NCBI RefSeq assembly: GCF_001194135.2
Contig: NC_068989.1
Coordinates: 92,534,475 to 92,598,474 of the forward strand
Source of the DNA: Octopus bimaculoides
Lineage: Eukaryota
Reading direction: 5' to 3'
DNA: 64,000 nucleotides
The notes beneath the pieces are model-generated. The model was not told the DNA's origin and searched no databases. It was given only the letters and a program-made list of their open reading frames with translations. The position numbers and the translations under genes were made by a program. Positions 38,363 to 51,187 of this stretch are shown one piece after another. Numbering within the stretch: the first letter of the stretch is position 1; each line of letters opens with the position of its first letter.

Positions 38363-39907
38363 GTAAAATATGTGTAACAATAAGTATAATAGTTTGGCAG
38401 ATGTATATAACATGCCATGGATCTCCAAGCAATCAATGAGGCTCCCTTCATAACGTTGGATATATTTAAAATCCAGGACGCTGCTCAATGAAAAAATGTG
38501 GGGAAAAACATGGACAGTTTAATTGGTCAAACTGGAGGATACCACCCGCTCCGGTAACTCCTCCTGAAGATATAGAGTCAAAATTAAAAGAAGAGTGCTA
38601 TTGTTATCTCGTGAACGATATTTCGACATCTTGTGTGTCTCCAACGGGTTCAAAAAATAAATTTGTCAATCTACTTCATTTTGGTTAATATAGAAAGGAT
38701 TGAGGTAACTCCTCCTGAAGATATCAATAAGAAAACAAAATGAGGTATTGAAGCAAACAAGAGAAGCTGTTTGTCATTGCTCGATATTTTAGAAATAGCA
38801 GTAAAACTTCCCTCAAATTGCATCTCCAGCGTCTTATAAATGGACAATGTTGCCCAAGATACAGACTTTATGGTATCATGTTATTTTATCATTAGTCGAT
38901 ATTTTCAGAATCTGATTACAATTCTTTCCTCATATATTCATTTATTGCATGCCAACTTTAAAAATTCCCTGGTTTAATTGCTTAATAATTATCAACTTAA
39001 GAATGTTTACACATATTCATTAAGTATTCATTGCCAGGTTGTTCTCTATTCATTAACATTAATACATAGCTATTTACACAGCTAGAAATTAAATCCTCGA
39101 GTGCAATTCTCTACGCAATCTCAATTTAAATACCATAAAATTCTTAAGAATAACTATACAACCTAAATTTCCTATCCAACTTTCCATATTTTCATTTATA
39201 CCGACACCCACCTCGCCTTTCTCGCCTTCTTAACTTAGGAACGGACATTTTCTTTTCCCTTTTTTTTCTTCTTTTAATTAAAATGTGTTTCAATAAAAAT
39301 ACCTGAGAGGAATTCTTTAATCGCTTATTGAATTAAAAGAACTTCTCCGTATATCTTCACTTAGGCAAGAGTGTCATTGTCTATANNNNNNNNNNNNNNN
39401 NNNNNNNNNNNNNNNNNNNNNNNNNNNNNNNNNNNNNNNNNNNNNNNNNNNNNNNNNNNNNNNNNNNNNNNNNNNNNNNNNNNNNNNNNNNNNNNNNNNN
39501 NNNNNNNNNNNNNNNNNNNNNNNNNNNNNNNNNNNNNNNNNNNNNNNNNNNNNNNNNNNNNNNNNNNNNNNNNNNNNNNNNNNNNNNNNNNNNNNNNNNN
39601 NNNNNNNNNNNNNNATATATATATATATACATATGTACATATGTAGATGAAGAGATGGACAGATAGCTAGCTTGGTAGCTGGGTTAGACAGATAGATAGA
39701 TGTCGGTATATGCATGTTTCTACACACACATATATTCAATATATGTGTGTGTGTATATATATATATATATACATATGTGCAACACGCCAGCTTAATTCGT
39801 CCTTAGTCGAAAGACACCTATTGTTAATGTCCTCTTATTTGCATTTGTATTTGTGTACCATTTCTCCGTTTTCTTCCGTCCTTGTTTNNNNNNNNNNATA
39901 TATATAT

Positions 39908-40030
39908 CCACTCAAAAGTCATTCGTGGGTCCGTAACTATAGTAGAAGTCACCTGCCCATGGTGTCGAGCATTGGCACTAACCTAAACCACGTGGTTACA
40001 AATCGAAATTCTGAGCCACATGACCATCCC
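39908..40030 (-). mobile_element. SINE family B 5' half, degenerate
   Basis: tccactc..ctatagtagaagtcacctgccca.gg matches the family B core in reverse orientation. Confidence 0.55.
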
Positions 40031-41459
40031 TGCATCTATGTACAACAGACAATGCTAAAAGCTTGGACCTATTACACTGAGAGTTTCGTGAACATCTTTT
40101 AGTCTCTACAATCAGCTTTCGTTGCCTCTCCCCGACAAATGCCCAGATGTACCTGACAATACCATCAAGCCTAAATTGTTTTCAACTCCATTCGAAACTC
40201 ACACCATTCACAGTTACGTTTTCTATTCAGTTCTAGATGTACCAGTGAATTAATATTTTTGTGGTGGGAATTTACCAGTGTTTCTGAATAGCATGAATTG
40301 TATCGGTTTCATAATGCATTTGTGATAAGTTTGACGTCTTACATTGCATATAGTAGTAATACATAAATATGGCGTAGATACAGCAGCATGTAACACAAAC
40401 AAAGTTGTACGAAAGAAAAAGAAATAATAATCAATTTTCAAACCATTAATTAACGATTTTAATATAATATTAATTCCTGGCATAGAATTCGATTCGAAAA
40501 GACCAATGTTACCACTCTCTTGCAGTATCTTATATTCTAAGCAGAAAGTTAATAAAAATATTTTGTAATTCATTTTATATACATATTTGCTTATTTGCTG
40601 ACATTTCAAATCTAATATATAAATTTAAATAAAACATGTTTACAACATAAATATAAAATATGTACACAACAAATAACATAATTATTTAACATACAAATTA
40701 CAAAATATAAATATTATCCACATATATGTATATAAATAATAAACAATAACAAGAACATTTATAATAAAAATAAAGAATATAACATTATATATGAAATATA
40801 GCAATATACATAAATTGCGAATATAACATAAATGTAAATGGAATATATATCAGAAAAATCTAACAATAATAGAGATAAGGATATAATTCAACGAAAATAT
40901 AATTCTTTATTTTTATATTAAAATAGATTAGGTAAAACACTGAAGCAAATAATGGGTCTTTTCATTAGATGTTAACCTTCCTTGCACAGGTGACATGCAC
41001 AGGAAGGCGGTGAGTTTGTCGTGGCAGAAGAGCGTCGGACAGAATGCCTGGCAGTTTTAATACTTGACACCATGAGCTCAAACCCTATCGAGGTAAATTT
41101 TACTTTTCATCTTTTCTAGACCAACAAAAAAGAACCAATAAAGGGTGCTTGATTAGTGGACCAGTGTGAACATTGAATGGGATACATTTCAAGGTTGTCC
41201 CCCACCCCTAAATCCTTACGTTCTGAATTCAGTACCCGCTAGTTGACTTAATTCCTCACCCGGTTTTGACGTCACCACCCGGCACCATGGATGCCTTTAG
41301 CTAAGTCCACCCTGTTGCAAGTATTTGGCCCAGCGCTGCTGTTCCAACATACCTTTCGGTCTTCTTTCTTCTAGTTTTGGAGGCCCTAAGATGTGTTATG
41401 GGCGCTGCCCCTCTTTTCGATTAAAGTATTTTAAAAGAATGCATAAACATTGGCGCAAC

Positions 41460-41613
41460 CTTGGCTGTGTGGTAAGAAGTTTGCTTCCTAACCAAATGGT
41501 TCTGAGTTCAGGCCCACTGCGTGACACGTTGGGCAAGTGCCTTCTACTATAGCCCCGGTTCGACTTATGTCTTGTTAGCAGATTTGGTTGATGGAAAATG
41601 AAAGAAGCTCGTC

Positions 41614-41615
<2 letters not shown>
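41460..41615 (+). mobile_element. SINE family B 5' half
   Basis: tggctgtgtggtaag...gagttcaggcccactgcgtgacacgttgggcaagtgccttctactatagcc. Confidence 0.8.
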
Positions 41616-41649
<34 letters not shown>

Positions 41650-41666
41650 GTGTGTTTGTGTTTGTA

Positions 41667-42990
41667 CAGGAGTGTCAATAAAATTCGTGTGCAGTTCAAG
41701 ATAATTGTAGCTTTGTAACTATGCATGGCAGAACTAATCTGTAAAAAAGATAAGAAAGAACTATTTAAATTACCAACTAGAATTGTTCATTTTGAACATA
41801 TCCATCATCGTTACATAATTAAACGGTAACACGATTCTGTAGAACTCGGAAAACATTTTGCAGCTGGTTTCAGGAAATACCATCAAACACGTCAAATATC
41901 CTAGCTTGTAAGTCCTCTAAAGATCGAGGTTTAATTGAATAAACTATTCATGTGTCATCATAAAAATAAACCCAATGAAACCAAATCTGACGGAGGCCCG
42001 GATAAGAGTACACCTCTTCCAATTCACCTGTCGGAAAATTTTTCATTTAGGAACTGCTTAATTTGCAGAGCAAAGGTCAAGGAGCCCCATCCTGTTGAAA
42101 CACTCCTTCTTCTATCAGATCTAATCGGTCAAGCTGAAGAATAAAGTAATTTTGCAGCATTTCTAAATAGCGATCACCATTAGCAACACGCCCTTGAAAA
42201 AAAGAATGACCCTATGATTCGACTTTCTCCCAAAGCACACCAGACATTAATTTTAGAAGAATCCCTTTCATGCTCGATACATTCTTGGGGATTTTCAGTC
42301 CCGCAAATAAGGCAGTTATGCCTGTTACCCTTCCCACTAATGTGAAATCTTGCTTCATTGGTAAACATTAAATTACACAAAAATGAGTTTCCCATATTAA
42401 TTTGTTTTCATTGAACTAATAGTAGAAATTTAGCCGTGCATGATAATCGTCTTCTAACAACATTTGATGCATTTGAATATTGGTTCGCTTTCATGTGAAG
42501 TTTTGTTGGTAGAATATTATGCACAGTTGATTTTGGAAGCCTCAGCTCTAAAGATTCCCGTCTTCATTTCCACGCATGCTACAGTGTCTTCTCTTACACA
42601 TGCTCTATCAGATTGTGGCTTACTATCGATAGAATCATAAAAAAAAAAATTTCTCCTCTCGGATGGGGAATTCTTGGGTTGTTTATTGAAACGAGTTGCC
42701 CACCTTCTTTGGACACCGAACGGTTTATTTCAGCTCCGCCAGCCAAAGAACGCAGTTTACTCTCTATTCCAGTGAAGCCATGGGTCAACAACAATTCTGC
42801 AAAGACAAACCGTTTTCAAATTTCAGGAAATAGTTAAAGAGTAATGTGTAAAACAAATAATAAATAAATTTTCTGAAAAAACTAGACACATCGAGCTTTC
42901 TAAGCTATTTTTTCACAGACTTTATAAATTCAAATATAGATACAAGCCTATAGGTATTATAAATTTCACATGGATTTCATAGACACCCTG
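41667..42990 (-). mobile_element. Full-length decayed Tc1/mariner-superfamily element (maT/rosa-like), 1324 bp
   Basis: TIRs CAGGAGTGTCAATAAAATTCGTGTG (41667) / reverse complement CAGGGTGTCTATGAAATCCATGTG (to 42990); minus-strand MASLE*RVNCVLWLAELK, FTNEARFHISGKGNRHNC..GTENP, KINVWCAL..IIGSFFF, RYLEML, FQQDGAP, DR*IGRG, KPRSLEDLQARI. Catalytic spacing cannot be counted because of lesions. Confidence 0.88.
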
Positions 42991-43009
42991 TTTGTATGGA
43001 TAATTACTA

Positions 43010-43160
43010 CAGGATTCTTTCAGTTTCCGTCGATTAAATCCATTTACAAGGATTAGCTCAAGGATATAGCAGAAGATACTGGCCCAAAAAGCCATGTAGT
43101 GAGAGTGAAATCGGAACCATGTCGTTACAAAACAGACTTCTTAACACACAGGCACACCTG
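43010..43160 (-). mobile_element. SINE family B 5' half, degenerate
   Basis: ttctttcagtttccgtc..aaatcca..cacaagg..tatagcagaagatact..ccc..ggaaccatgt. Confidence 0.65.
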
Positions 43161-44000
43161 CACCTATATATATATATGCAGAATAGCCAGGTCATGTAAT
43201 TTTAACGTGCCTCGTCTCTTCAGGAGCAGGCATCCAGTTCCAACATATCAGTCAAATTTCACTACGACGATGTATGGGATTTCAGTGAACAACAGGTTTA
43301 TCAAAAGCTAATTACTAGAGACAGAACCAGTCTAACAATACATCCACGTTAAGTTGCATATAAACGTTGCCTTTTGATATTAATACTGCTTTTGCCATTA
43401 ATAATTATTTTTCGCTAAATGATTATTTGTCTGGTGCACTGAAAATTCAACCACCTCACCGTCTTCAAAAACAAAGACACCAGAATAATAATGAGAAATT
43501 GTTTTGTTAAATTTTACCTTATTTTCAAAATTATTTGAAACAAAAGCAGTCTACTTCAACATGAAAGTAGTATCAAAAGAATCACATACAAAAAAAAAAT
43601 ATATATATATATATATACATATGTGTGCTTTTAAACATTATATATTGGAATTACATTAGTTAGTGGTAAAGGTAAAAATTTAAAATGCTACAATCTTAAA
43701 CGTTTGCGGAACACACCTTTCAAAATATAATGAAAGTCTGGAATAAAATAGTCTCTGTGAAATTCAAACATTTGTCACGGATTTGGTGCAGTAGTTGAAT
43801 ATAATAATAATACATGTACTGTTGTATTGAATAAAGACTGGAATGACAAATATATGTGTAACGCATTTCTGCGTCTATAGACCTGCGTACTTGAAAATAT
43901 CAGTATGTCGACACCCTCAGCCCTTTTCCTAATAGACACTCCTCCTTATTCCTTGGCCATAGATTTTGATATACAAACATATGATAAACAAGACTATAAA

Positions 44001-44065
<65 letters not shown>

Positions 44066-44680
44066 AAAGAAAAAAAATCATTAATGATTTTACCAGGTGG
44101 TCAGCGCGGAAATAAAACCTCATAGGTAAATTGTGTGTGTGTGTATGTGTGTGTGTGTATATCTATCTATCTATCTATCTATCGATCTTTGTTTTTGTTT
44201 TATTGTCCTTGTTGCGTGCACATTCGCTGGCTTATTTACAAAGGGGTTTAATGCTCTTGGCTTGGATTTTTTTCGGGAGCAACCACATCGAACCGTCTCA
44301 AGTGTAACTACCCGAAATGGTTGTGACCTCTGGGACTTAACTAATGAGAGCAGGCCAAGAATGACCAGTATTTTTCTTTTTTTCTTTTGCCTCTGTTCAT
44401 TGTTGTTTCTCTTGTCCGCCTATCTGTCCGAACGTTTTAATGCCCTCTATTGCGTTTTTGTTCCATATATATATGTGTGTATATATATATATATATATNN
44501 NNNNNNNNNNNNNNNNNNNNNNNNNNNNNNNNNNNNNNNNNNNNNNNNNNNNNNNNNNNNNNNNNNNNNNNNNNNNNNNNNNNNNNNNNNNNNNNNNNNN
44601 NNNNNNNNNNNNNNNNNNNNNNNNNNNNNNNNNNNNNNNNNNNNNNNNNNNNNNNNNNNNNNNNNNNNNNNNNNNNNNNN

Positions 44681-44742
<62 letters not shown>

Positions 44743-45039
44743 TATCTTAATCTCTCTTTCTCTCTCTCACTCACTCCCTCCACAACTATAGACTTGCCCC
44801 GCACACACAAGTGTTCAAGCAAACGCAGACACATATGTGCGTGTGCGTGTGCGTGCGCATGTGTATGTGTGTGTGTGTGTGTGTATTTTAGGTATGTATA
44901 AATGTTTATACACATACACAAACACACACACACTCACACATTTTTCAGAGTTACCTATTTAGCTATTACAGAAGCATAGATCGCACTGGCAGAATAAATG
45001 AATGGTTGCATAAAAAAGAAATTAACAGCATTCACTGCG

Positions 45040-45178
45040 ATCCTTTACCCTCAAAGTTCAAATCCCGGAAGTCAGCTGTACGTAGCATCCCTTCGGGGAT
45101 CCATAAATTGAGGAACCCGTCAAGCACTGACGCCGACGTAAATGAGTGATCATCTCCCTCAAAATTTGCTGACCTTAT
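45040..45178 (+). mobile_element. SINE family A, degenerate
   Basis: AAGTTCAAATCCC B box followed by catcccttcggggatccataaattgag..ctccctcaaaatttgctgacc. Confidence 0.55.
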
Positions 45179-45411
45179 TCTTATATAAGAAACAATTATC
45201 ATTGTTACTATGTAACATATACATATACATTCATACACACACAGATACACACGCACGCATCCACATACGGTCACCCACTTATACACACACGCACACGTAC
45301 GCACACACACACACACACGCACATGCACACACACGCACACAAGCACACACATACACACGCACATGCACACACACAAAATACTCACACACTCACACACGCA
45401 AAACACTCTCT

Positions 45412-45462
<51 letters not shown>

Positions 45463-45472
45463 NNNNNNNNNN

Positions 45473-45516
<44 letters not shown>

Positions 45517-46032
45517 GACACACACACACACATACATATATGGAGCGCAACCATGAATCTACAATTATAGAATGGTGATGAACCATAACCTCGGACCCTG
45601 CCTTGAGAATACTCGGAGTTCTTTACTAATCTTAATATTGCTAGCGGGATGTGCCAACAGAGAGCTGGTGAAGCCTTTTGCCCGGATTCATAATTCCTTA
45701 CCAATAAATAACTTTGTTCGAACGGTCTCAGGGGTAAAAAAGCGCGAACAGGTTATGAATTTCCGGACACTGGCTGTCGAAGAAATCCGCTGCGGTTGGT
45801 CCATGTATCTTGGTTTTGTCCAGTTTCTCATTTTTTTATGTTAACGTCTATTTTTCTGTATGTTGTTTTTTTTGTTGGATTTCCGTTTGCTGAGTTCTTT
45901 CTCTCCCGTCCTTGATGTATCCGAGCGGCGCACCGTAAAACCCGTTGTTTACTTTGTTAAAACAATATTCCTTGAATATTATGTACGACTCTTATCTTCT
46001 CTTTCCTTCCTCGGTTTTTCTCCTTCATTCCT

Positions 46033-46072
<40 letters not shown>

Positions 46073-47280
46073 TCCGACCCTCTCGTTCCTCTCTCTCTCT
46101 GATTTCATTTTCCTTTTCTCATATTTCTTAGTCCCTTTTCCCCCTCCTTCCTCTGCTTTCCCTCCTAGCTTGTTTCCCTCGTACATTTCTCACTCTCTCT
46201 CTCTCTCTCTGCCTCTCTCTTCCTCTCCTTCTCCTTCTTTAGTCTCTCTGATTTTATACTCCTCTCTTTTATTCCTTAGTTCCTCTTTCCTCCCCCTCCC
46301 TGTTATTCTTTAATCCTGCTGCCCTCTACAACTCTTTCCCTCTCCTACCACGTGATCACTGTCCGGCCAAGGCATTGTCGTCCTGTTTCGACCGGCCGTC
46401 ATCCAGACCGGTCACGCTCGTCTGTACTCCCGCTCGGTCTGTTAAGACTTTCCATTTCTCTTTTGCGTCAGCCAACTATGTTCGTCTGGTCAGTCGAAAG
46501 ACCTACTCTGTTATCTATTCATGTTTTAATTGTACAATTATTTTCATTTTACTGTAAAGCCGAAAGGCATTTATCGATATATACTAAGCTTTTGGGTTTT
46601 TCATTATATATATATATATATATATATNNNNNNNNNNNNNNNNNNNNNNNNNNNNNNNNNNNNNNNNNNNNNNNNNNNNNNNNNNNNNNNNNNNNNNNNN
46701 NNNNNNNNNNNNNNNNNNNNNNNNNNNNNNNNNNNNNNNNNNNNNNNNNNNNNNNNNNNNNNNNNNNNNNNNNNNNNNNNNNNNNNNNNNNNNNNNNNNN
46801 NNNNNNNNNNNNNNNNNNNNNNNNNNNNNNNNNNNNNNNNNNNNNNNNNNNNNNNNNNNNNNNNNNNNNNNNNNNNNNNNNNNNNNNNNNNNNNNNNNNN
46901 NNNNNNNNNNNNNNNNNNNNNNNNNNNNNNNNNNNNNNNNNNNNNNNNNNNNNNNNNNNNNNNNNNNNNNNNNNNNNNNNNNNNNNNNNNNNNNNNNNNN
47001 NNNNNNNNNNNNNNNNNNNNNNNNNNNNNNNNNNNNNNNNNNNNNNNNNNNNNNNNNNNNNNNNNNNNNNNNNNNNNNNNNNNNNNNNNNNNNNNNNNNN
47101 NNNNNNNNNNNNNNNNNNNNNNNNNNNNNNNNNNNNNNNNNNNNNNNNNNNNNNNNNNNNNNNNNNNNNNNNNNNNNNNNNNNNNNNNNNNNNNNNNNNN
47201 NNNNNNNNNNNNNNNNNNNNNNNNNNNATATATATATATATATACATGTAGGTAGATGTACAATGAAGGAGATAGACGGA

Positions 47281-47877
47281 TGAGATATAAAACTTAACTA
47301 AATAATATATGTGTCATAAAGCGTTTATAATCTTCAAAATTGATGTAAAACATAGGCATTAAGTGAAGTGGTGTCCAGGGAGTGTTGTTAGGCGAAGTGT
47401 AAGGCTCAAAACTACGCTAACTGGAGTTGTGAACACTTTGCGCTTGCTGCCAGCCGCGTTGTTTCAAAGGTCATTACTTTTTTAATTTTCAGCTGGGAAT
47501 GTCTTCAGAAACACACTTCTGTACATATACACAAGCATGTGGATGTATGTACGTGCGTATGTGCGTGTATGTGTGTCTGATGCATGTGTGTGTATATATA
47601 CATGCACGTACACACATACACATGCTTGTGTATATGTATAGAAGTGTATTTCTGAAGTCTTTTCCAGCTGAAAATTAAAAAGTAATGACCTTTGAAACAA
47701 CGCGGCTGGCAGCAAGTGCAAAGTGCTCACAACTCCAATTAGCGTAGTTTTGAGCCTCACACTTCGCCTAATAACACTCCCAGACACCACGTCACTTAAT
47801 GTCTGTGTTTTACATCAATTTTGAAGTTTATAAAAGTTTTATGGCATATATATTATTTAGGTAAGTTTTATATCTCA
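47281..47877. mobile_element. Foldback/MITE-like 597-bp imperfect palindrome
   Basis: Arms of about 260 bp (47281-47542 vs 47619-47877) differ at about 21 positions (about 92%, by-eye alignment); the centre is a quasi-symmetric (TG/CA) tract. Confidence 0.9.
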
Positions 47878-48535
47878 AAACCTTATGGGATTTCATAAAT
47901 ATCCACCTGTCCTTATATATTCTCATAGAAATACGTATGATGTGCCGAGTTTCATTAGCTTTCTATGAGTTTCGCTGTCTGACTTTCTATCTATTTATCT
48001 ACTCATTCGTCTATCTCTTTCATTGTCCATCTACCTACATGTATATGTATATTTATATGTTTANNNNNNNNNNNNNNNNNNNNNNNNNNNNNNNNNNNNN
48101 NNNNNNNNNNNNNNNNNNNNNNNNNNNNNNNNNNNNNNNNNNNNNNNNNNNNNNNNNNNNNNNNNNNNNNNNNNNNNNNNNNNNNNNNNNNNNNNNNNNN
48201 NNNNNNNNNNNNNNNNNNNNNNNNNNNNNNNNNNNNNNNNNNNNNNNNNNNNNNNNNNNNNNNNNNNNNNNNNNNNNNNNNNNNNNNNNNNNNNNNNNNN
48301 NNNNNNNNNNNNNNNNNNNNNNNNNNNNNNNNNNNNNNNNNNNNNNNNNNNNNNNNNNNNNNNNNNNNNNNNNNNNNNNNNNNNNNNNNNNNNNNNNNNN
48401 NNNNNNNNNNNNNNNNNNNNNNNNNNNNNNNNNNNNNNNNNNNNNNNNNNNNNNNNNNNNNNNNNNNNNNNNNNNNNNNNNNNNNNNNNNNNNNNNNNNN
48501 NNNNNNNNNNNNNNNNNNNNNNNNNNNNNNNNNNC

Positions 48536-48804
48536 TGTCTTGAAAGGGATGATGTTACTGTTGTTTTAGCCCCAAGAAACATCGTTTCTAGCTGGCTATA
48601 CGACACACTATCTGTGTCTTTATATTTTCGAACAGGGAGCTCAGCACTTCCATCTAGCACAAAACAATATCTGTGGACTAGTTTCTGGGTTATTGTTCTT
48701 TATCAACACAGAGTAGCTGCTTGGTCATATGGCGTTGCTGAATTCACCGTTCGAACATGCTTCTTGGGGCTGAAACAATAGTAAAATCGTCACTTTCGGG
48801 ACAG
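48536..48804. mobile_element. MITE-like inverted repeat (about 55-bp arms, left arm runs into a gap)
   Basis: ctgtcttgaaagggatgatgttactgttgttttagccccaagaaacat vs reverse complement of 48750-48804, ctgtcccgaaagtgacgattttactattgtttcagccccaagaagcat. Confidence 0.7.
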
Positions 48805-49331
48805 CCACATTGTGTTGGCATTATGGCAACAACTCTGTGCGTCGAACAATATTCTTTCTGATATTTCGGTCCATGTACGCAGCCTCTCTTTAAGCTCAGT
48901 TGGCTTCACGTTTCAGCATCCCCCGAGTCAAAATAAAATATGTATCACTGCAAAGTATGAACCCAGATTCGATATAAACGAAAGAAACCCTTTAAAAGGG
49001 TTGAGATGGGCCATCAGAAAATGGCTGCATCTAGAAATTAATAGGAGAGAGGAGGAAGAGAAAGAAGGAGAGAGAGCGGAGAAGTTAGAGTACATAGAAT
49101 TAAGTTAGAGTACATAGAATAAAGTCAGATACCAAACAAGCAGATACAGACTTATTATTATGATTCAATAATCAGTGTTACTTGATTGGATTATCCTGTG
49201 TCACCTGACCAGCCAGCAGTCATATTGTTTATTGCTAGTTTCATAAATACTTGTCTACAAGCAGCTTTTATGGTTTCTGAATCTGTGTTATGAGAACTAA
49301 GTTCAGATGCAGACACACACACACACACACG

Positions 49332-49414
<83 letters not shown>

Positions 49415-49571
49415 TTACATTGTTGCATATGTATTTATAAAATATATACATTCATATGCATATATGTGTATATTCACATATACATGGAAATGAACGAGCG
49501 AGTGAACGTGTGTTTTGCATAAGTATGCAAACACCGACGTATTAATATAATGTACATATATGTGTATGCGT

Positions 49572-49935
49572 GGCAGTGTGCTAGGGAAATCTACTTCCCA
49601 ACTACATGGTCCCGGGTTCAGTCTAACTGCGTGGCACCTTGGTGAAATACTTTCCGATAAAGCTCCGGGTCGATTAAGCCGTTGTGAGTGGATTTGATAT
49701 TCAGAATGCAAAGAGTCAGACAAGATGCTGTTAAGTATTTTGTCCGAGTTGCTAACGATTCTGCCAGCTCACCACCTTAATAATAATGGTTTCAAATGTT
49801 GGCACAATGCCAGCAATTTCGAGGATGTGGGTAAGTCGATTACATCGACTCCAAAATTCACCTGACACCCGAAATGATGAATGGTAAAATTGACCCCGGC
49901 CGAATTTGAGCTAGAACGTAAAGGCGAACGAAAAG
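49572..49935. mobile_element. Cluster of SINE fragments (family B head on +; two family A fragments on -)
   Basis: cccgggttcagtc..ctgcgtggcaccttgg at 49610-49645; tgctaacgattctgccagctcacc at 49750-49775; ccccggccgaatttgagctagaacgtaaa at 49895-49925. Confidence 0.65.
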
Positions 49936-50442
49936 CTGGCGTTAATATAATCGACTGCTTTCTCCCGTAAGTATCTGATGTGTGTCTCTGTTAAAACTGA
50001 ATATTTGCAATATAGATTATAGATGTTGGCTCGACGTCAGCTGTGTAATCCTTTCTCAACTACAGAATCAGGAATAAATCGCTCATCCGAAACGCCAAAC
50101 GTTGTGATATATTCTTCAGTCTAACCTTGTCATTTCGGTCCTAAACCAGGATGCTGTCATCCACAGCGCAGAGAGAAGGAAAACGACAAAATATGGGTCA
50201 TTGACTTACAAATTAATTTTTGCGTCAGTCATTGCTGAAATTTTCTTGGTCCTCAACTTCTGCATTGTTCCTCCTTTTCGCTATTAAAGCAGATTCAATG
50301 AAAGAAACCGCGAAGTAAAGAGCTCGTGTAGGACATATCGCTGTCTGTTTTTGCAGCAAAATAATCTTTTAAAACTCTCCGTGCGGCGGGGCGTGGGCGA
50401 AACAAAGAATCCAGCCAAAAATTATCTAATTTATTTATTTCT

Positions 50443-50514
50443 GTTCTATATTTAAGAGATGAAGAATTATTTACATTATTTACATTTGACGGATACTTGG
50501 CCTCATCTTGTTTG
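50443..50514 (-). mobile_element. 3' end of HHR-bearing SINE family C
   Basis: Reverse complement of caaacaagatgagg.caa.tatccgtcaaatgtaaataatgtaaataatt..tcatctcttaaatatagaac (cf. 14880-14970). Confidence 0.8.
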
Positions 50515-50605
50515 AAGATATGTGTAGCATATGGGAACCGGTATTAAGGAAGGATAAGAAAATATTAGATTTATAAGCCTTAAAATTCATTTCATAACTT
50601 TTCTC

Positions 50606-50839
50606 GGGAATATGGCGTAGTAGTTAAGAGCGCGGGTTACTAACCCTAAGATTCCGAGTTCGATTCCAGTCAGTGACCTGAATAATAATAATAACATCGA
50701 CAAATACCTTAGGATTGAGAACCCAGGTTCGAAATTTCTGCAAGACAACCGATGATGGCTGGGGGGTATATCAGCCGCCGAAACGTTGTGTTAACAACAA
50801 TCAAGATGAGGACAAATATCCGTCAAATGTAAATAATGT
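50606..50839 (+). mobile_element. tRNA-headed SINE (family C) carrying a hammerhead motif
   Basis: Head TGGCGTAGTAG (A box)..gcggg TTACTAA ccc..GAGTTCGATTCC (B box); (AAT)n linker; HHR motif 50744-50792; tail shared with 14819-14970 and 50443-50514. Confidence 0.75.
50744..50792 (+). ncRNA. Minimal type I hammerhead motif (family C; U4->C and a GCC duplication in this copy)
   Basis: GACAA-CCGATGA-T-GGCTG gggggtatat CAGCC-gcc-GAAAC-GTT-GTGTT; palindromic AACGTT at stem III. Confidence 0.55.
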
Positions 50840-50867
50840 TATTTATTTCTAACGTTATGGCAGAATG

Positions 50868-51187
50868 TTGCGGTACTTGGAACAAGTGTCTTCTACTATA
50901 GCCACAGGTTTATAAATGCTTTATGAATGAATTTGGTATACTGAAACTGTCCAACATGTCATGTGTGTGGGTGTATGTGTGTGTGTGTGTGTCTGTGTTT
51001 GTCTGTCCTCCCAACCAATGTTGTCTTTTCACGTCTTCATAACTTAGCGATTCGGCAGAAGACCAGATAGAATAAGTATTTAACTTAAAAATAAGTACAT
51101 AGAACGATTTGCCGGACTAAACGTTTCAAGGCAGTGCCCCAGCATGGTCGCACTCCAATGGCTGAGACAAGTAAAAGATAAAAGATA
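50868..51187 (+). mobile_element. SINE family B, 5'-truncated and degenerate
   Basis: caagtgtcttctactatagcc...(TG)n...cttagcgattcggcag..gatagaataagta...ccagcatggtcgca..gagacaagtaaaagataaaag. Confidence 0.75.

Noticed and set aside
45570-45960. GC-elevated island resembling a LINE 5' UTR/ORF1 start on the minus strand
   Set aside because: All frames interrupted and no diagnostic motif.
46375-46420. CTGGATGAC-ggccg-GTC-GAAAC on the minus strand
   Set aside because: Needs a 2-nt insertion in the core and two substitutions in stem III; too degenerate.
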